Source: Chrysomallon squamiferum
Taxonomy: Eukaryota > Animalia > Mollusca
NCBI GenBank assembly: GCA_012295275.1
Contig: CM022678.1
Coordinates: 18,848,001-18,912,000, forward strand
DNA length: 64,000 nt
Reading direction: 5' to 3'
Shown: piece by piece, positions 38,482 to 51,915 of the stretch
How the letters are laid out: each line of letters begins with the position of its first letter
Position numbering within the stretch: the stretch's first letter is position 1
Notes under the pieces: model-generated
Databases searched by the model: none
What the model was told of the DNA's origin: nothing
Seen by the model: the letters and a program-made list of their open reading frames with translations, nothing else
Position numbers and translations under genes: made by a program

Positions 38482-40947
38482 TAAATCACGATACTGCTAA
38501 TTTTTGTTTGATTACGTAACTACCATTATTATCAGCAGTAGCTGTAGCAGAAATAGTTGTTAATAGTAGCAGTAGTTATAGTAGAAATAGCAGTAATATT
38601 AGTAGTAGTGTTTTACTCCTACACATTATTTCTATATTTTAAATTAGAATAGCATTTAAATAAGAAACAATTAAATTTTCAAATTTAAATTAGATTGATA
38701 AAATGCTGCTACTCCGTTTACCTTTTGCTGACTGTATTGTTAAAACAGTTTAGTAATAAATTTGAAGAAATTACTGCCTTAAAGTTTTGTTGTTTTTTTC
38801 TTCAATTTTTTCTCTGGTGTTGGTTAAAAACTAGTATCAGGCATGAATACATAGCAGCTGCAAATTCCTTTATGTGCCTTTAGTCCATTATTACTATTTC
38901 AACATAGTGGGACTGAAGGTTGATCCCACAACCAACAGCATCTGAGGCCAACAATGTAGTTTATTAAATGATACAAGAGAAGAAACCTGCTGACTACTTA
39001 GTTCTAAACAAATGTTTAATAAGTATTTCTATACTGAAACATGCTTTAACAGCTTTTGATAAAGCTGTTCTGCTGGGTATATGGTTGGAACAGGAAAGAA
39101 AGCAGCAGCCATCTTGTAAGCTGTTTGTCTGGTCATGCTAAAAATAGAAATATAAATTTGTTCTGCTCTTACCTTAATACCCGTAACTTCAGATCTTAAA
39201 ACACAGAACCATATCTTGAAGATCATTAAAATCTACAAATAAATTGTCAGTACGCAACAAAAACTATTTACAAAAATAAAAAAACTCTTAAAAAAATCAA
39301 AAAGTAATAAAATGTAATAAAAAATAGTAATAAATAATAATAATAAACCAGCCTGCATCAGAAAAACAGACTAAACTTCTACTTACTGTTATACATATTC
39401 CCATTTCTATTTTTTTAGCACTGCTACAATGTAAGACACAATTTATCACACACACACGTGTAAGTGTCACGGTGACTAGTCTGAATTGTATAATACCTAA
39501 AATTGGGTTCGTCCTGTCTATAAGGTACCAGACTATAATAGCGTCACGTGACAAGGTTTTAATTATGAGACAACTTAATCTACTAAATGACTAATCTGTA
39601 TCCACTAGAGAACAATAACACAAACAAGAATTCAATATGGATAGTTGTTTTATATATCTATACACATTTCATATAAATTAACAATCAATGGTAATATATA
39701 ATTTAATCGTACGATTGGAACGATATAATATAAAAGTATAGCGTTCATAGATAATACTAAACTAATTAAGCCCAGTTGGTTATTTTAACTTTCTAAAATA
39801 CATTATTAAAATAAGTACTTAGTTTTTAAGTTTTTCCGTAAGTACGTACCACAATAACACAATAGAATAACCAACAGTAATCGATTTAGCTATCTTCAAT
39901 CAATCAACACGTTAGGTAAACAAAAACATTTAAAACAAAATTACCATTGTCTTGTTCTTGTGCCAACGGCCCTCAGACAACATATCTCAAGAAGGCGCCC
40001 AATCAAGAGATATCGTTTAAAACGCTCGTCGAATACTTATAGACATTGCACGGACGTTCAATAAACAGCTCTGCAGACAGCCTTTCTGAATTACTTTGCA
40101 CTTTAATGCCAATTTTGAATTTGTTAATCCCATTGTTTCTTAGTTTATAAAATAACAGAACTTCCCCTAATTTACAATACAACTTCAAAATAGCCCATGT
40201 ACGTCTGCATACGCTCTGCTATTTAGTTTTTGTGTATTTACCCCCATTTTCTGATATTAATTAGGTAAACATTTAAGAACTGTAAAAATATGAATTATAA
40301 ACATGATTATATACAATAGCTAATTAAATATTACCATAATATAATAATATTCTAAATATAAAATGTAGCATATAAAAACAAGAGTTTTGTGAATTATGTA
40401 ATTCACTACATAGAATATAAAATTATGAATAAAAACAAATCTGGCAAAGAGGCACTATTGAGGTTCCGTCACATAAAGGAAAAACCTTTTTAACACCACT
40501 GAAGCCACCATTAAACTGTACTGTGGAAGTTTGAACATACATTAAGTACAAAATGTGTGTCTCTTTACTATGACCAATAACAAAATATAATATATATATA
40601 TATATATTAAATAAAATTTAAAAAGCAACAATTAGATTGTCAGTGGCTTTAAATCAAGGCTCAAAAATTATCTTTTTAAAATGTACATCGAGCAGTCAAT
40701 TTTGTCACTTAGCTAGAGAAAAAAGTAAACCACAATTTATTTGAATAGAGAAAGAATCCATTCTTTCAAGAGAAAAAGATGAAGCAGTAATGATCCATCT
40801 GAAGAAAATTGTATTACCAATCTAGAGTCATTTAACGAGAAAAAGACTTCTTCTGCAATAAGTCATCTGACAAATAAGTCAAGAGAAATATTTTCATTTC
40901 AGTTTTGATTTTTTTTTCTTGATGTGGCTTAGTAATTCACACATCAC

Positions 40948-41994
40948 CTACTTCTGTGCAGCTTCATTTCCAGATGTTTTTTGCAGACAAACAGAATCCT
41001 GTAAAAAAAAAAAAAAAAAGGCTAATAATTCTGTTCAGTTTCATAAATTGACATCATAAGAGAAAATTTGAAAAAAAAAAAAAACAAAAGACCACAAACA
41101 ACAACCATAATAATAAATAAACCATTGAAAACTGATAAAACTTTTAAGACATTATGAAAAAAAAACTTAAATAAACTCATAATAGAGAAAAATATTTAAA
41201 TCTACTCAATAAGGACATTAGTAAATATCCAAAAACCGATCAAATTAAAAATTTGAAAAATTAATAAAATAAAATGACCTATATTTAAAGTCCCTTATGT
41301 AACAATTTTTTGGTTAATGTCCTAATTCTCTATTTTAAATTTGTGTTAATAATATAACCAACTGAAATTAGACTTTCTTTATTCCAATATATATATATAT
41401 TTTGAAGACAACTCATAGTATATCACAGATAAAACACTCTATTTACTACTATACGTTATTCTCATTTCTATTTTTAGCACTTACAATGTTAGACAATCAC
41501 TTTATCATATATATATGTATGTAGATTCAACAATGTAAGAACAACTTCTTCAACAACACTGAAAACACCATTAAAATGTAAAGGGAAGTTTGAACATATA
41601 TTAAGTAGAGAATGAGTATCTCTTTACTATGACCAATAATTATAAAAGAAAAAAAAATAAAAACTAAGAAAGAAAATAAATACAAATTCACACATTACCT
41701 GCTTTTGTGCAGCTCCATTTCCAGAATCCTTCTCTAAACCCTGATAAAAAAGGTCAAATAATTCTGTTCAGTTATTTAAAATGACATCATGAGAGGAAAT
41801 TTGAAACAACAACAACAATAATAAATAAACCACTGAAAACAGATAAAAGTTTTAAATAAATCAGATTTTTGACTGAAAAAAAAAAAAAAAAAAAAAAATC
41901 TTGGTAATAAACTCATAATAGAGAAAGATATTTCAATTTTTTTAATAAGGACATTAGTAAATATCTAAAAATGAAAGTATTAACAACAGAAAAA

Positions 41995-42029
<35 letters not shown>

Positions 42030-43344
42030 ACAGAAAAAATCCAACCTACTGCATAATAATGATAAAAATTACACACACTCTCTTGTATCAAAACTTTCCA
42101 AATCTGAAATAACTTTTAACAAATAATGATAATAATAATAAAATAAAAATAAAAAAAAAAATATAAAACCTGTATTTTGAGTCCCTTAAGTAACATTTGT
42201 TTTTCAAATGTCCTAATTCTCTCATTTAAATTTTCATTAATATTATAATCAACTGAAATTGAACTTTCTTTGTTCTAATACGTAGGTTTTTTTAAAACAA
42301 CTCATAATCTGTATAGATAAATATCAAAATTTTCACACAAATATTTTCATAACCCTTAACATAAAAATATTTTAAACCTTTCAAGACACAAAATTAAATA
42401 ATGTATAGTATTTATGTTATTATTATTTTTTAATTAAAGAAAAATATTCTTCTCAAATATATTGATATTTTATCAAAACAAACATTAATATTCTAATCTT
42501 TGTGTTTTGTTTATTGAGTAACCTTCATCTTTTTCTATCAACCACTCATCATAATAGAACTTTAATCTTTACTGACCTCTGACCCTGAACTTGAATGGAT
42601 ATCTACAAATTCCTGTTTTGAGAAAGATTCTTCAATATTCTGAAGCTTTCCATCAAAATTTTCTGAAAAAAAAAATGTTTATCATCAGAATAAACAATTG
42701 TTATAAATCCAAATAAATTAGTTATAAGGAACCTGCATAAAGTGACAGATGATGACAGAAAGAAAGAAAAACAGCAGTAAGACAATGAATGAGAAAAAAA
42801 AAAAAAAAAAACACACACACACAAAAAAAAAAAAAACAAGACAATGAAAAAAAAAAAAAAAAGAAAAAACAAGAAAGGGAAAACATTAAGTAACGAAAAA
42901 TAAAGATATAAATAACTGAGGTACTGAATGAATAAATGAGTAAATAAATAAACACAGGAAAATTTGAATAACTAAATAAACAAAACTGAACATATTTCTA
43001 CTTGATGTAACACACCTCTTCATCCCTGGAACTAATCACCTGTGGACTGTAATTAATTATCAGTTATACAATCTTTTTAGTAAATATGACAATATATTCA
43101 TAGAAAATAAATAAAGAAATAAACAAAGAAAATAAAATATAAAGGATCTATTCAGTCTGGTACATACCTTTTTCAAATTTTTCTTTTAATTTGTTGATCA
43201 GGCATTTAATTGCATCATCATCTCCTGAGAGGCTTACAATTTCTTTAACAAGACTGCAGAGTTCGCGTTTCTGGTCATCATTCAAACCTTTAAAATCTTT
43301 CAAGATCTAGCAAAAACAAAATAAAAAAAAAAATAATAATAATA

Positions 43345-43404
<60 letters not shown>

Positions 43405-44466
43405 TAAAATAAAATAAAACAAACAAACAAATAAATAAAACAAAACAAATGGAAAATAAAATTGAATAATGAGAAAAAACAGCTATATTAATAAAAAAAA
43501 AATCCCTGCATCTATATTAATAATAACAGCAACATCAACAAAATCAAAAATAATAATTACTGATGACTGTTTTTCATTGTCATTAAAATATACATTTTAT
43601 ATTAAAACAATTTTGAATGTATTAAAAAAAAAAATAATAATAATAAAATAATAATAATAATAATGATAATTATACTGACTAGTAATGATATTAATAATAA
43701 CAAAGGAATAAAAATTATCAATATTAACAATAATAATGAAAATAACAACAATAATAAAAATCATAATGATAAAGGAACACACATAATCTCAGTAACTACA
43801 ATAATATTATTTCTATTTTTACTTCTTCTAAACGATTTTTTTGCAGATCTTCTGCATGAAACAATTTTCCAGTGTAGAAGGTGCAAAATAGCGTGGCTAT
43901 CTGCAGAAAGTCCTCCTCCCTTGTCTTTGTGCCTGCTTCACCGTAATCTATGACAAATACATTCCCATTTTTCTTAATCATTATGTTCCACTCTGGAAGG
44001 TAAATAAATTAAATTAAATTAGTTCAAATCAAAACAAATCAAATTAAATTAACTAACTAACTAAGAAAATGAATAAATAAATAAATGAAAATTGATAAAA
44101 TAGTTTTCTTGTACTTATGTTATTCTTATTATTATTTTTAAAATTTAATATCAACTGATTTTATTTGAGCTTTTACCACACAACTGTTAAAAAGATGACA
44201 AACACAAAAAGATCATGTTCAGTCTGCTGTTCTTATTTCTTTTATGAAACATTTTTTATTTTTTTAATCTTTTCACTGATACGGTTGAAACAATTAGTTC
44301 AATCAACTTTATTTTTTTATCAAAAGATAAAATCACATTTATGAAATAGATTATCTGTTTTATAAAACTGACAGTGCTTGATACTGAAAATGAGATCTTA
44401 TGAATCAAATCGAGGATTAAATTGCATTACTCACTTTTGAGTTAGCACTGAATAATTTCTTTATTT

Positions 44467-44520
<54 letters not shown>

Positions 44521-44979
44521 ACAATGACAGAAAAAAACTGCTTCAATAATAACAAATATAATAAAATAAAATTTGAAAACAGAACATTGATCTTTCTCAG
44601 TTAAGTTTAGTCAGAGTTTTCAGTGATTTTAATTAGACACATTTTTACAGCCACTCAAACTGTGGACATGGGAGTTGTATCAATACAAAAATAACAATAC
44701 CAGGAATAAAAATATTTGCATAACTCAATAACTGTCAAATGCTACGCAATATAAGATCCATTTTGGTATTCTAAGGACTCTGTAAATGTCCGAAGTAATT
44801 AAAATGCTCCAAACCATGCAGGTCTCCATGAGTCCAGCCCACTCCATGCATCTTCCTCATTCTAGTGAGTAATTTCTTGAGAATGCACAAAGCAAGCAGA
44901 CAGCGACATGTTTCATTTACATTTCTCCTGATGTGATGAAGTGTAAATGCTGCATTTTATATAATATAAAACAAAACAA

Positions 44980-45038
<59 letters not shown>

Positions 45039-48000
45039 AGCAATAAAAATTAAAATGAAATAGAATGAAAGAATATGCAAGTATGTTGTTTGACAGAAAT
45101 CATTATGAAAATAGTTTAAATAAGAACAAATTTTTATTTAACACTAAAAACATTTGGTATTTACATGCATATACTGTTATTGTGAAATTCTTTTTACAAA
45201 GATTATATTTCATTACTAACTTTTTGAACTAGTCATAATTCATACAGTCATAATAATTTTATATGTAACAAGCCAGTAAATAAAACAAAGTTTAATATCT
45301 GCAGTTATATATAAAATGATAAAACGAAACATCAAACATATACACTGGTATGAACATTTGTCCTCATTTGTTTCAGGGTAGCAAAGAGGTATTTTTAAAT
45401 AAATAAAAAACAACAAAAATTTTGCTTCTTCTCACCTTGCTTAAGAAATTCCATGTGATAACAGATCTGATTCCCTTCTATTCTAATCAGATACAACTTC
45501 GGCACAAATTTGGTTTCATTCAAATCAAGCCAACATTTTCTTCCCGTTTTCTAAACTTAGTGGTCTTAATCTGAAATTCATCAAATTATGTCACTGCAAT
45601 CATGACATTAACAAATGAAAATCACTGTCTGAATAAATGGATGGATATTTAAAAAGGAATGTATGAAGAGAACAGATTCATAAAGGGATTAATATCAGTC
45701 TGTGAATAAAATAATAACTGATCAACAAAATTTCCATTCCACAAATTTTACCAGATGGTATGTTTATGTTTATATAAAAGAAAGCATTTCCTATAAAATC
45801 AAAGTGCACAAGATAAATTTCAATGAAATTACTGCATGATTTGTGTTTCTGCCAAGATCTTCAGCTTCACAGACTTCAGAATTGCTTCCATTCCAACGAC
45901 TGTTTTTGTTAGGTTTAAATTGTTTATCTTCCTTGTACTCTCCATTTACAAAAGTTATCTGTAAAAACAAGGACATTAATCTGATATTCATAGATACAGA
46001 ATTATATCTATTCACTATTCTATTTTAATTGTAAAAATGATTCAGTTTTCTTATAAATGGGCATTAGTTATTCAACAGTAACATATTTCTACATTATACA
46101 TGTAATTTTAACTATAAATACTCGTGTAATTCTATCTAACAATCATGCACAAAAGCACAAATGCATACACATACAAACACTGATTCATTTTGATATAAAA
46201 AATATACATCAAAGTGAAATTGCAATCATAATATTAAGCTTTAGCAACGTTGAAAGAAAAAAAAAAGTACAAAACACACCAGAGATTAAACAAAGTTTCC
46301 AAAAATACAGAAGTAAATTTGAGCCAGGTCATATACGACATATAAAAATATTTGATAAATTATTATTTCAACTTTATCTTATTTTCACAACATAATTAAA
46401 ACAAGACTGAAATATACACTGTTGTTAAGTTTTTTTTTTTTGTTGGTTTCTTAACGTCTTTTTTTTCTAAATGACCTCTCAACCACCAACAACAACATAG
46501 GTGGGGAGGTGATTTTTTTTTTTTCTAAATTAGCTGTGAATCATCAAAAACAACATCAGTGGGGATGTGATATTCTTAAAATTACCTCCAGTGCATCTTA
46601 CCACATTAAAAGGAACAGGGTTTTGAATTCGCCGGTTTCATCTCTGTTTTGTCATCATTCTTGGATTGCTCTGTAACCGCTGATATTGGCATGTCACCAC
46701 ATCTTGGTTTTGTCCTAAAAATACAAACAAAACCAAACACATTATTCTTACTGAATAGTTGGTTTCTTTCCATCCACCCTCAAACTAAACTGAAAAGAAA
46801 TGTATTTACACTGAGGATGTAATCTATAAAGATATGTTCTCTATGAATTGCAATGGTACAGAGAAAATACAATTTACAGTTTAATAAAGACAGTTAAATT
46901 TTCTTACTTGTGATCGTTGTTTCCCAAGCTAGCACCATCTTCCTCTGAACAAGCTAAAATAAAGAATTTATATACAGTGTAATCTCACTGAATTACTAGA
47001 AATCAAAAGTGTCCAATCAGAAGAATGTATATTACAAATTATGAAATGTACTGCAACCAATCAGAAATGATTATATAACATGTATAAATAGAATTAAAAA
47101 CAAAATTGTGTGTGTTTATGAATAGTTTCACAAAACATGATTAAATCTACAAGAACTTTGTACATTTCCAAACTGAGATCTCTAGGTGTAAGGGGTTCTC
47201 CAGTACAACTGCCTAGACATGATCAAGCTCATATCGTAAGACACTAACTAGTTATTTCCTATAAATTGTGTGTGTGTGCATGCACGCACACAACACGCAC
47301 AAAGGTAATACAATTAACTGGTTGATATCGTAAGATATCAGTGAAGCTTAAAATGACCAGATTAAATGAGGCAAAAACTACAGATCAAAACAAAACAATT
47401 TTTTATTTTTTAAATACAAACTGCATTCAGAATGGTCATTTAAGATTTAAACTAGCAATTAAATGAAAAAGAAGTAGCTCTGAACAATACGTGCGTTTGA
47501 TTATGTGTGTGAATTACAAATAATTTATCACCAAAACACTATAATTTTGGGTCAGAGCACAGAAATATAAAAATTGACTTAGTAGTAATATGTTGCCACG
47601 ATTTGTGGTGATAGCACGATGAATGCTACATATATTATCAGTTATACAAAAGTGTGTGGGTATAAATTTACTTAGAAAACATACCAGAAGCCTGTTTGTA
47701 TCTTTCATTGTAATTCAGACATATTTCACCAGCCACTCGTACAGTTTGTTTCACGTCTGACTTTTTCTTCTGGCTGTCACAGCTCTTTTCTTGTGTTCTG
47801 TGATTATTCTGTAAATAAATTTATCTAAATAGGAAAACGGACCAAATACGAACCATTTAAAAGACAATAATTTTGTTGTAGGACTTGAAATTTTTCATTA
47901 AGGAATTTAAAATACAACAACAGTTTTGCTTTCTATAAAAAAAAAGGTTTACATTCATCTAATTCTCATAACACTCATATACACACTCATATACACACAC

Positions 48001-51000
48001 ACATACACACATCATAGTTGATTCATTTTGAAGTAAAATATGTATATCAAAGTGAAGTTGCAATAATATTAAGCATTAGCGATGATGAAAGGAAAAAAAG
48101 TACACAACACACCAGAGATTAAACAAAGTTTACAAAAATACAGAAGTAAATTTGAGCCAGGTCATATACGACATATAAAAATATATCTTATTTTCACAAC
48201 ATAATTAAAAAAAGACTGAAATATACACTGTTAAGTTCTTTTTTTTCTCAACCACCAAGAACGATATATGAGAGAAATGATTTTTAAAAAAATTACTTTT
48301 GACTGACAGAAAATTACATTAAGAGAGACACTGCTTTCTTCTGGAAATTCACTCAGTGCATTCTCATCATTTTTGGATATGGCTGATATTGGTATGTTAT
48401 AACATCTTGGTTTTGTGCTAAAAATACAAACAAAAACAAACACATTATTCTCACCGAATAGTTGGTCTCTCTCCTTCCACCCTCAAACTAAACTGAAAAG
48501 CACTTCATTTACACTGAGGATGTAATCTATAAAGATATGTTCTCTATGAATTGCAATGGTAAAGAGAAAATACAATACAGAGTTTAATAAAGACAGATAC
48601 ATTTTCTTACTTTGGATTGTGGTATCCGAGTATAATAATATCTTCGGCTGAGCAAGCTAAAATAAACAATTTATAAATGTAATCTGACTGAATGACTAGA
48701 AATCAAAACTTTCCAATCAAAATGTATATTACAAATTATGATTCTTATTGCAACCACTCAGAAATAATTATTATAACATGTATGAATAAAAAAAGAAAAG
48801 AAAAAGAATGTGTGTGGCTGTATACATTTAATAGTGGAAAACATGAATAAATTACAAACATTTTGTACTTTTACAAATTGAGATCTCAAAGAAGGTTAAA
48901 GTTTTTTTTCTAGTATAACTTTGTTTACACTGTGTCAATTCATCCAAACAGTTAAATACAGTTAAAATACATATTAACCCCCACCCCAAAAAGACAATAA
49001 AAAAACCCCATACTTTTTATGATTTTAGGTAAACTAGTGATGAGATTCTTCAAGTTGCTTTTATTTCCTGGCAACTCCTGTTCAATTTTGGTAAGATATT
49101 CATCTATATGAAAACAGAAACAGAAATTACAGAAACAGTACAAGATGTAAATTTACAATAATTATTATTGCAAGGTTTTAGTGTTAATAAAATTTAAAAT
49201 AAACAAAACATCAGTAATTGCTAACAATTAAAATTAATTAATTTCTTAGCAATATTCATGATGTAAGTTTGTGTACATCAGAATATTTGAATGTTTGTGC
49301 ATATCTCACTGTGTATATATTTATGTGTCTGTTTGTACTTTCCTATATTTACATATTTTTGTTATAATGTTGATGTGAATATGTTATTTAATGTGTAAGT
49401 GCACATGTATGTATGTGTAAAAACACACACAGATATACTCGATAAAGCTGATATAACACTAACCAGTTATTTCCTATAATTTGTGTGGATGTGTACACAC
49501 ACACACCAGGAAATAACCGTTTAGTGTCGAATGATATCAGCTTGATCCAGTAAAGGTTAAAATGACCTGATTCAATGAGGGAAAATTTCTATGTCAAACC
49601 AAAACAATTTGTTACTTTTAAAGTAAAAACTGCATTCAAAATGGTCATTTAAGATTTAAACCAGTAATTAAAAGCAAAATATGTAGGTCTGAACAATATA
49701 TGTGTGTGAACTACAAACAATTTATCAAAGTAAAAATAGTTATTCCCAAAAACGTATATTTTTTGCTCAGTGCCCAAAAATATAAAAATCGACTTAGTAG
49801 TAATATCTTGCCACTATTTATAGCGATAGCACAATGAATACTATATATATTATTTGTTATACAAAAGTGTGTTTGTATGTGTAAGAGACCATGTATGGGT
49901 GTCTTCCCATCTGGTAGAATTCCCAGTTCGTATAATTTTCATTTCGTAGAAAAAGCTCTTCTACCGCAATACTTGATTACCTCCGTATATAATCAACTTG
50001 GCCTGTACATGCATTTCTGGTTTCTTTCTAACATTCAGAGGCGGAGCGCATTGTTCCTAAATCGAGTATGTAACATGAACCGAAAGCAGAAAACGCGTTC
50101 ACTACTCATTTGTTGTAGATTTCTTACTTTTTCATTATTATCATCATCATCTTCCTCCTCCTCATTATCATCATCATAATCATCATCAACAACATTATTA
50201 TTATTATAATATTATTATTATTTTATTGTTGTTGTTGTTATTATAATTGTTATTATTACTATTATTATTTGTATTCTTCTTATTCTTATTTGTATTATTA
50301 TTATTATTATTATTAAGCTGGTCATTTCTAAATCAAAAACATTTCCTTTCCATTACAAAAGAACCGACCAATAATAAACAAGTTTACATCAATTTCATCT
50401 ATCTATTAAAAAGAAAAGAAAAGAAAAAAGCGGCACAATGAGTTTTTTGTTAATTCTCATTGTTTCCTTCTGTAAAAGAAAACGACAAAAATATTATTAT
50501 GAATAACTAATTTGATTCAACAATACAATTTAAAAAAACAAACATATTTTACATACGAGTAATTCACTTATATTCAGTAAATAGAATATGTGAACATTAC
50601 ATTTATCATTAACTGTTCGAATTAAACCATATTCAGCTTAAACATGTTCAAGATACATGTTACTGAGCATATTTACGTTATGCACACACACACATATTCA
50701 CATTGTGCACACATTATACAATATATGTGACAGATTATTAATAGTTATGTACACTAAAGATACTATGACCTGCAAATACTTTGGCTATGACTGAAAAAGT
50801 TTATACGAAGGACCAAATCATTGGGAATATTTTAGATGAATACCTTCTTTCTTAATTATTGACATTCACTACATTCGATACACAGATTATTTCCATATTT
50901 GTCATATTTGTATACTTTATGCAATAAGCGATTTCCATACTACAATAATACCTCAGATTAAAAATGTAATTGGTTCCAAATTTCCGATAGTGAAGTGAGG

Positions 51001-51915
51001 TATTGTTAAGCGGGAGACTAATTTACACAGAATTAAGGTTAAAAGCAGTGGTTACTTTCTCACTGATGAAATTTGACATAAAAAAGAGGTGAAATAAGGA
51101 GAAATAAAACACCAGTTTAGACATAAATGATTTAATAGATTATAGATATTAAGTAAACAGTAAATCATTTACAAATCAATTTATACAAATACATTAAGAA
51201 ATAATTATATGCCACTCATTTTGGGTTCATTTTTGTCGGTTTTGGTTTCATTTAAGATAATGTATTTTGTTTCTAAAGTTATTGTTTTCCGTTTCTTTTA
51301 TCATCAGCATTTGCCGGTATACTGTTGTTTGTTTTGACATATTGGAAGGGTAAATTACAAACGAGTTTAAGTCTAAATCGAAGCAGAAGAGAAAAGAGAA
51401 TCAGAATATCAGATGCACGTATGACGTGTCAGCTGATCAAAACAGCTGAGAGAAGCTCGTGAATGAACGAAAAACAAATGAAAACGACTTAAAATATGCA
51501 TTGTATCCATTTGTATCATTTATTTCGGGCAATTAACTATTAAATTTTCATTTATATAATTTGTAAAGAAAAAAGATCATTAAAGAGGGATATCGTTAAA
51601 CGAGATATTACTGTATTTATACAATAATAATCGGTTTCCAAATAATCTGGAACAGTTAATTATAATTACTGAGGTAAAAACATGTATGTTAATAAAACCA
51701 CTGAACCACATTTAGCCTTTCGACGAACTGGGAATTCTACCAGATGGGAGTAAGCCCTATGTATGTATATTTAAAGTGCCGTGTCTGTGTTTGTTTAAAT
51801 TTACTCTAGAAAACATACCAGTCTCAGGAGCAGTCTGTGTTAGTTTGTTATTTGCAGAAATCAGATTAATTTCTGATTCATTTGCCATCTTTGGCTTTTG
51901 AAGCCCTTTCTTCAT
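40948..51915 (-). pseudogene. Divergent NIK/MAP3K14-like kinase gene, 14 exons: 51819-51915, 48611-48656, 48297-48417, 47685-47808, 46908-46953, 46586-46714, 45833-45958, 45436-45570, 44815-44949, 43823-43992, 43168-43306, 42577-42662, 41699-41740, 40948-40998
   Basis: Canonical AG/GT sites with a consistent phase chain except two lesions: TAA at 46606-46608 and a 1-nt deficit near 45540. Translation includes VNGEYKED..NGSNSEVCEAED..HA|IKTTKFRKRE.KCWLDL..VPKLY..YHMEFL, then MHGVGWTHGDLHEWNIMIKKNGNVFVIDYG. Confidence 0.8.
49897..51757. mobile_element. Non-autonomous DNA transposon (PIF/Harbinger-like) in kinase intron
   Basis: Perfect 27-bp inverted repeat at 49905-49931 and 51723-51749 inside GGG...CCC termini, with TAT on both sides. 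It interrupts intron sequence that is contiguous in the paralogous intron near 47650. No transposase ORF seen. Confidence 0.75.

Noticed and set aside
39029-39232. Possible extra kinase exons 39173-39232 and 39029-39137
   Set aside because: Separated by only 35 nt, downstream of a stop, and no recognisable peptide.
49877-50179. 100-aa ORF at the transposon's left end as a transposase
   Set aside because: Starts outside the element, ends in a microsatellite, and has no DDE or Myb motifs I can recognise.
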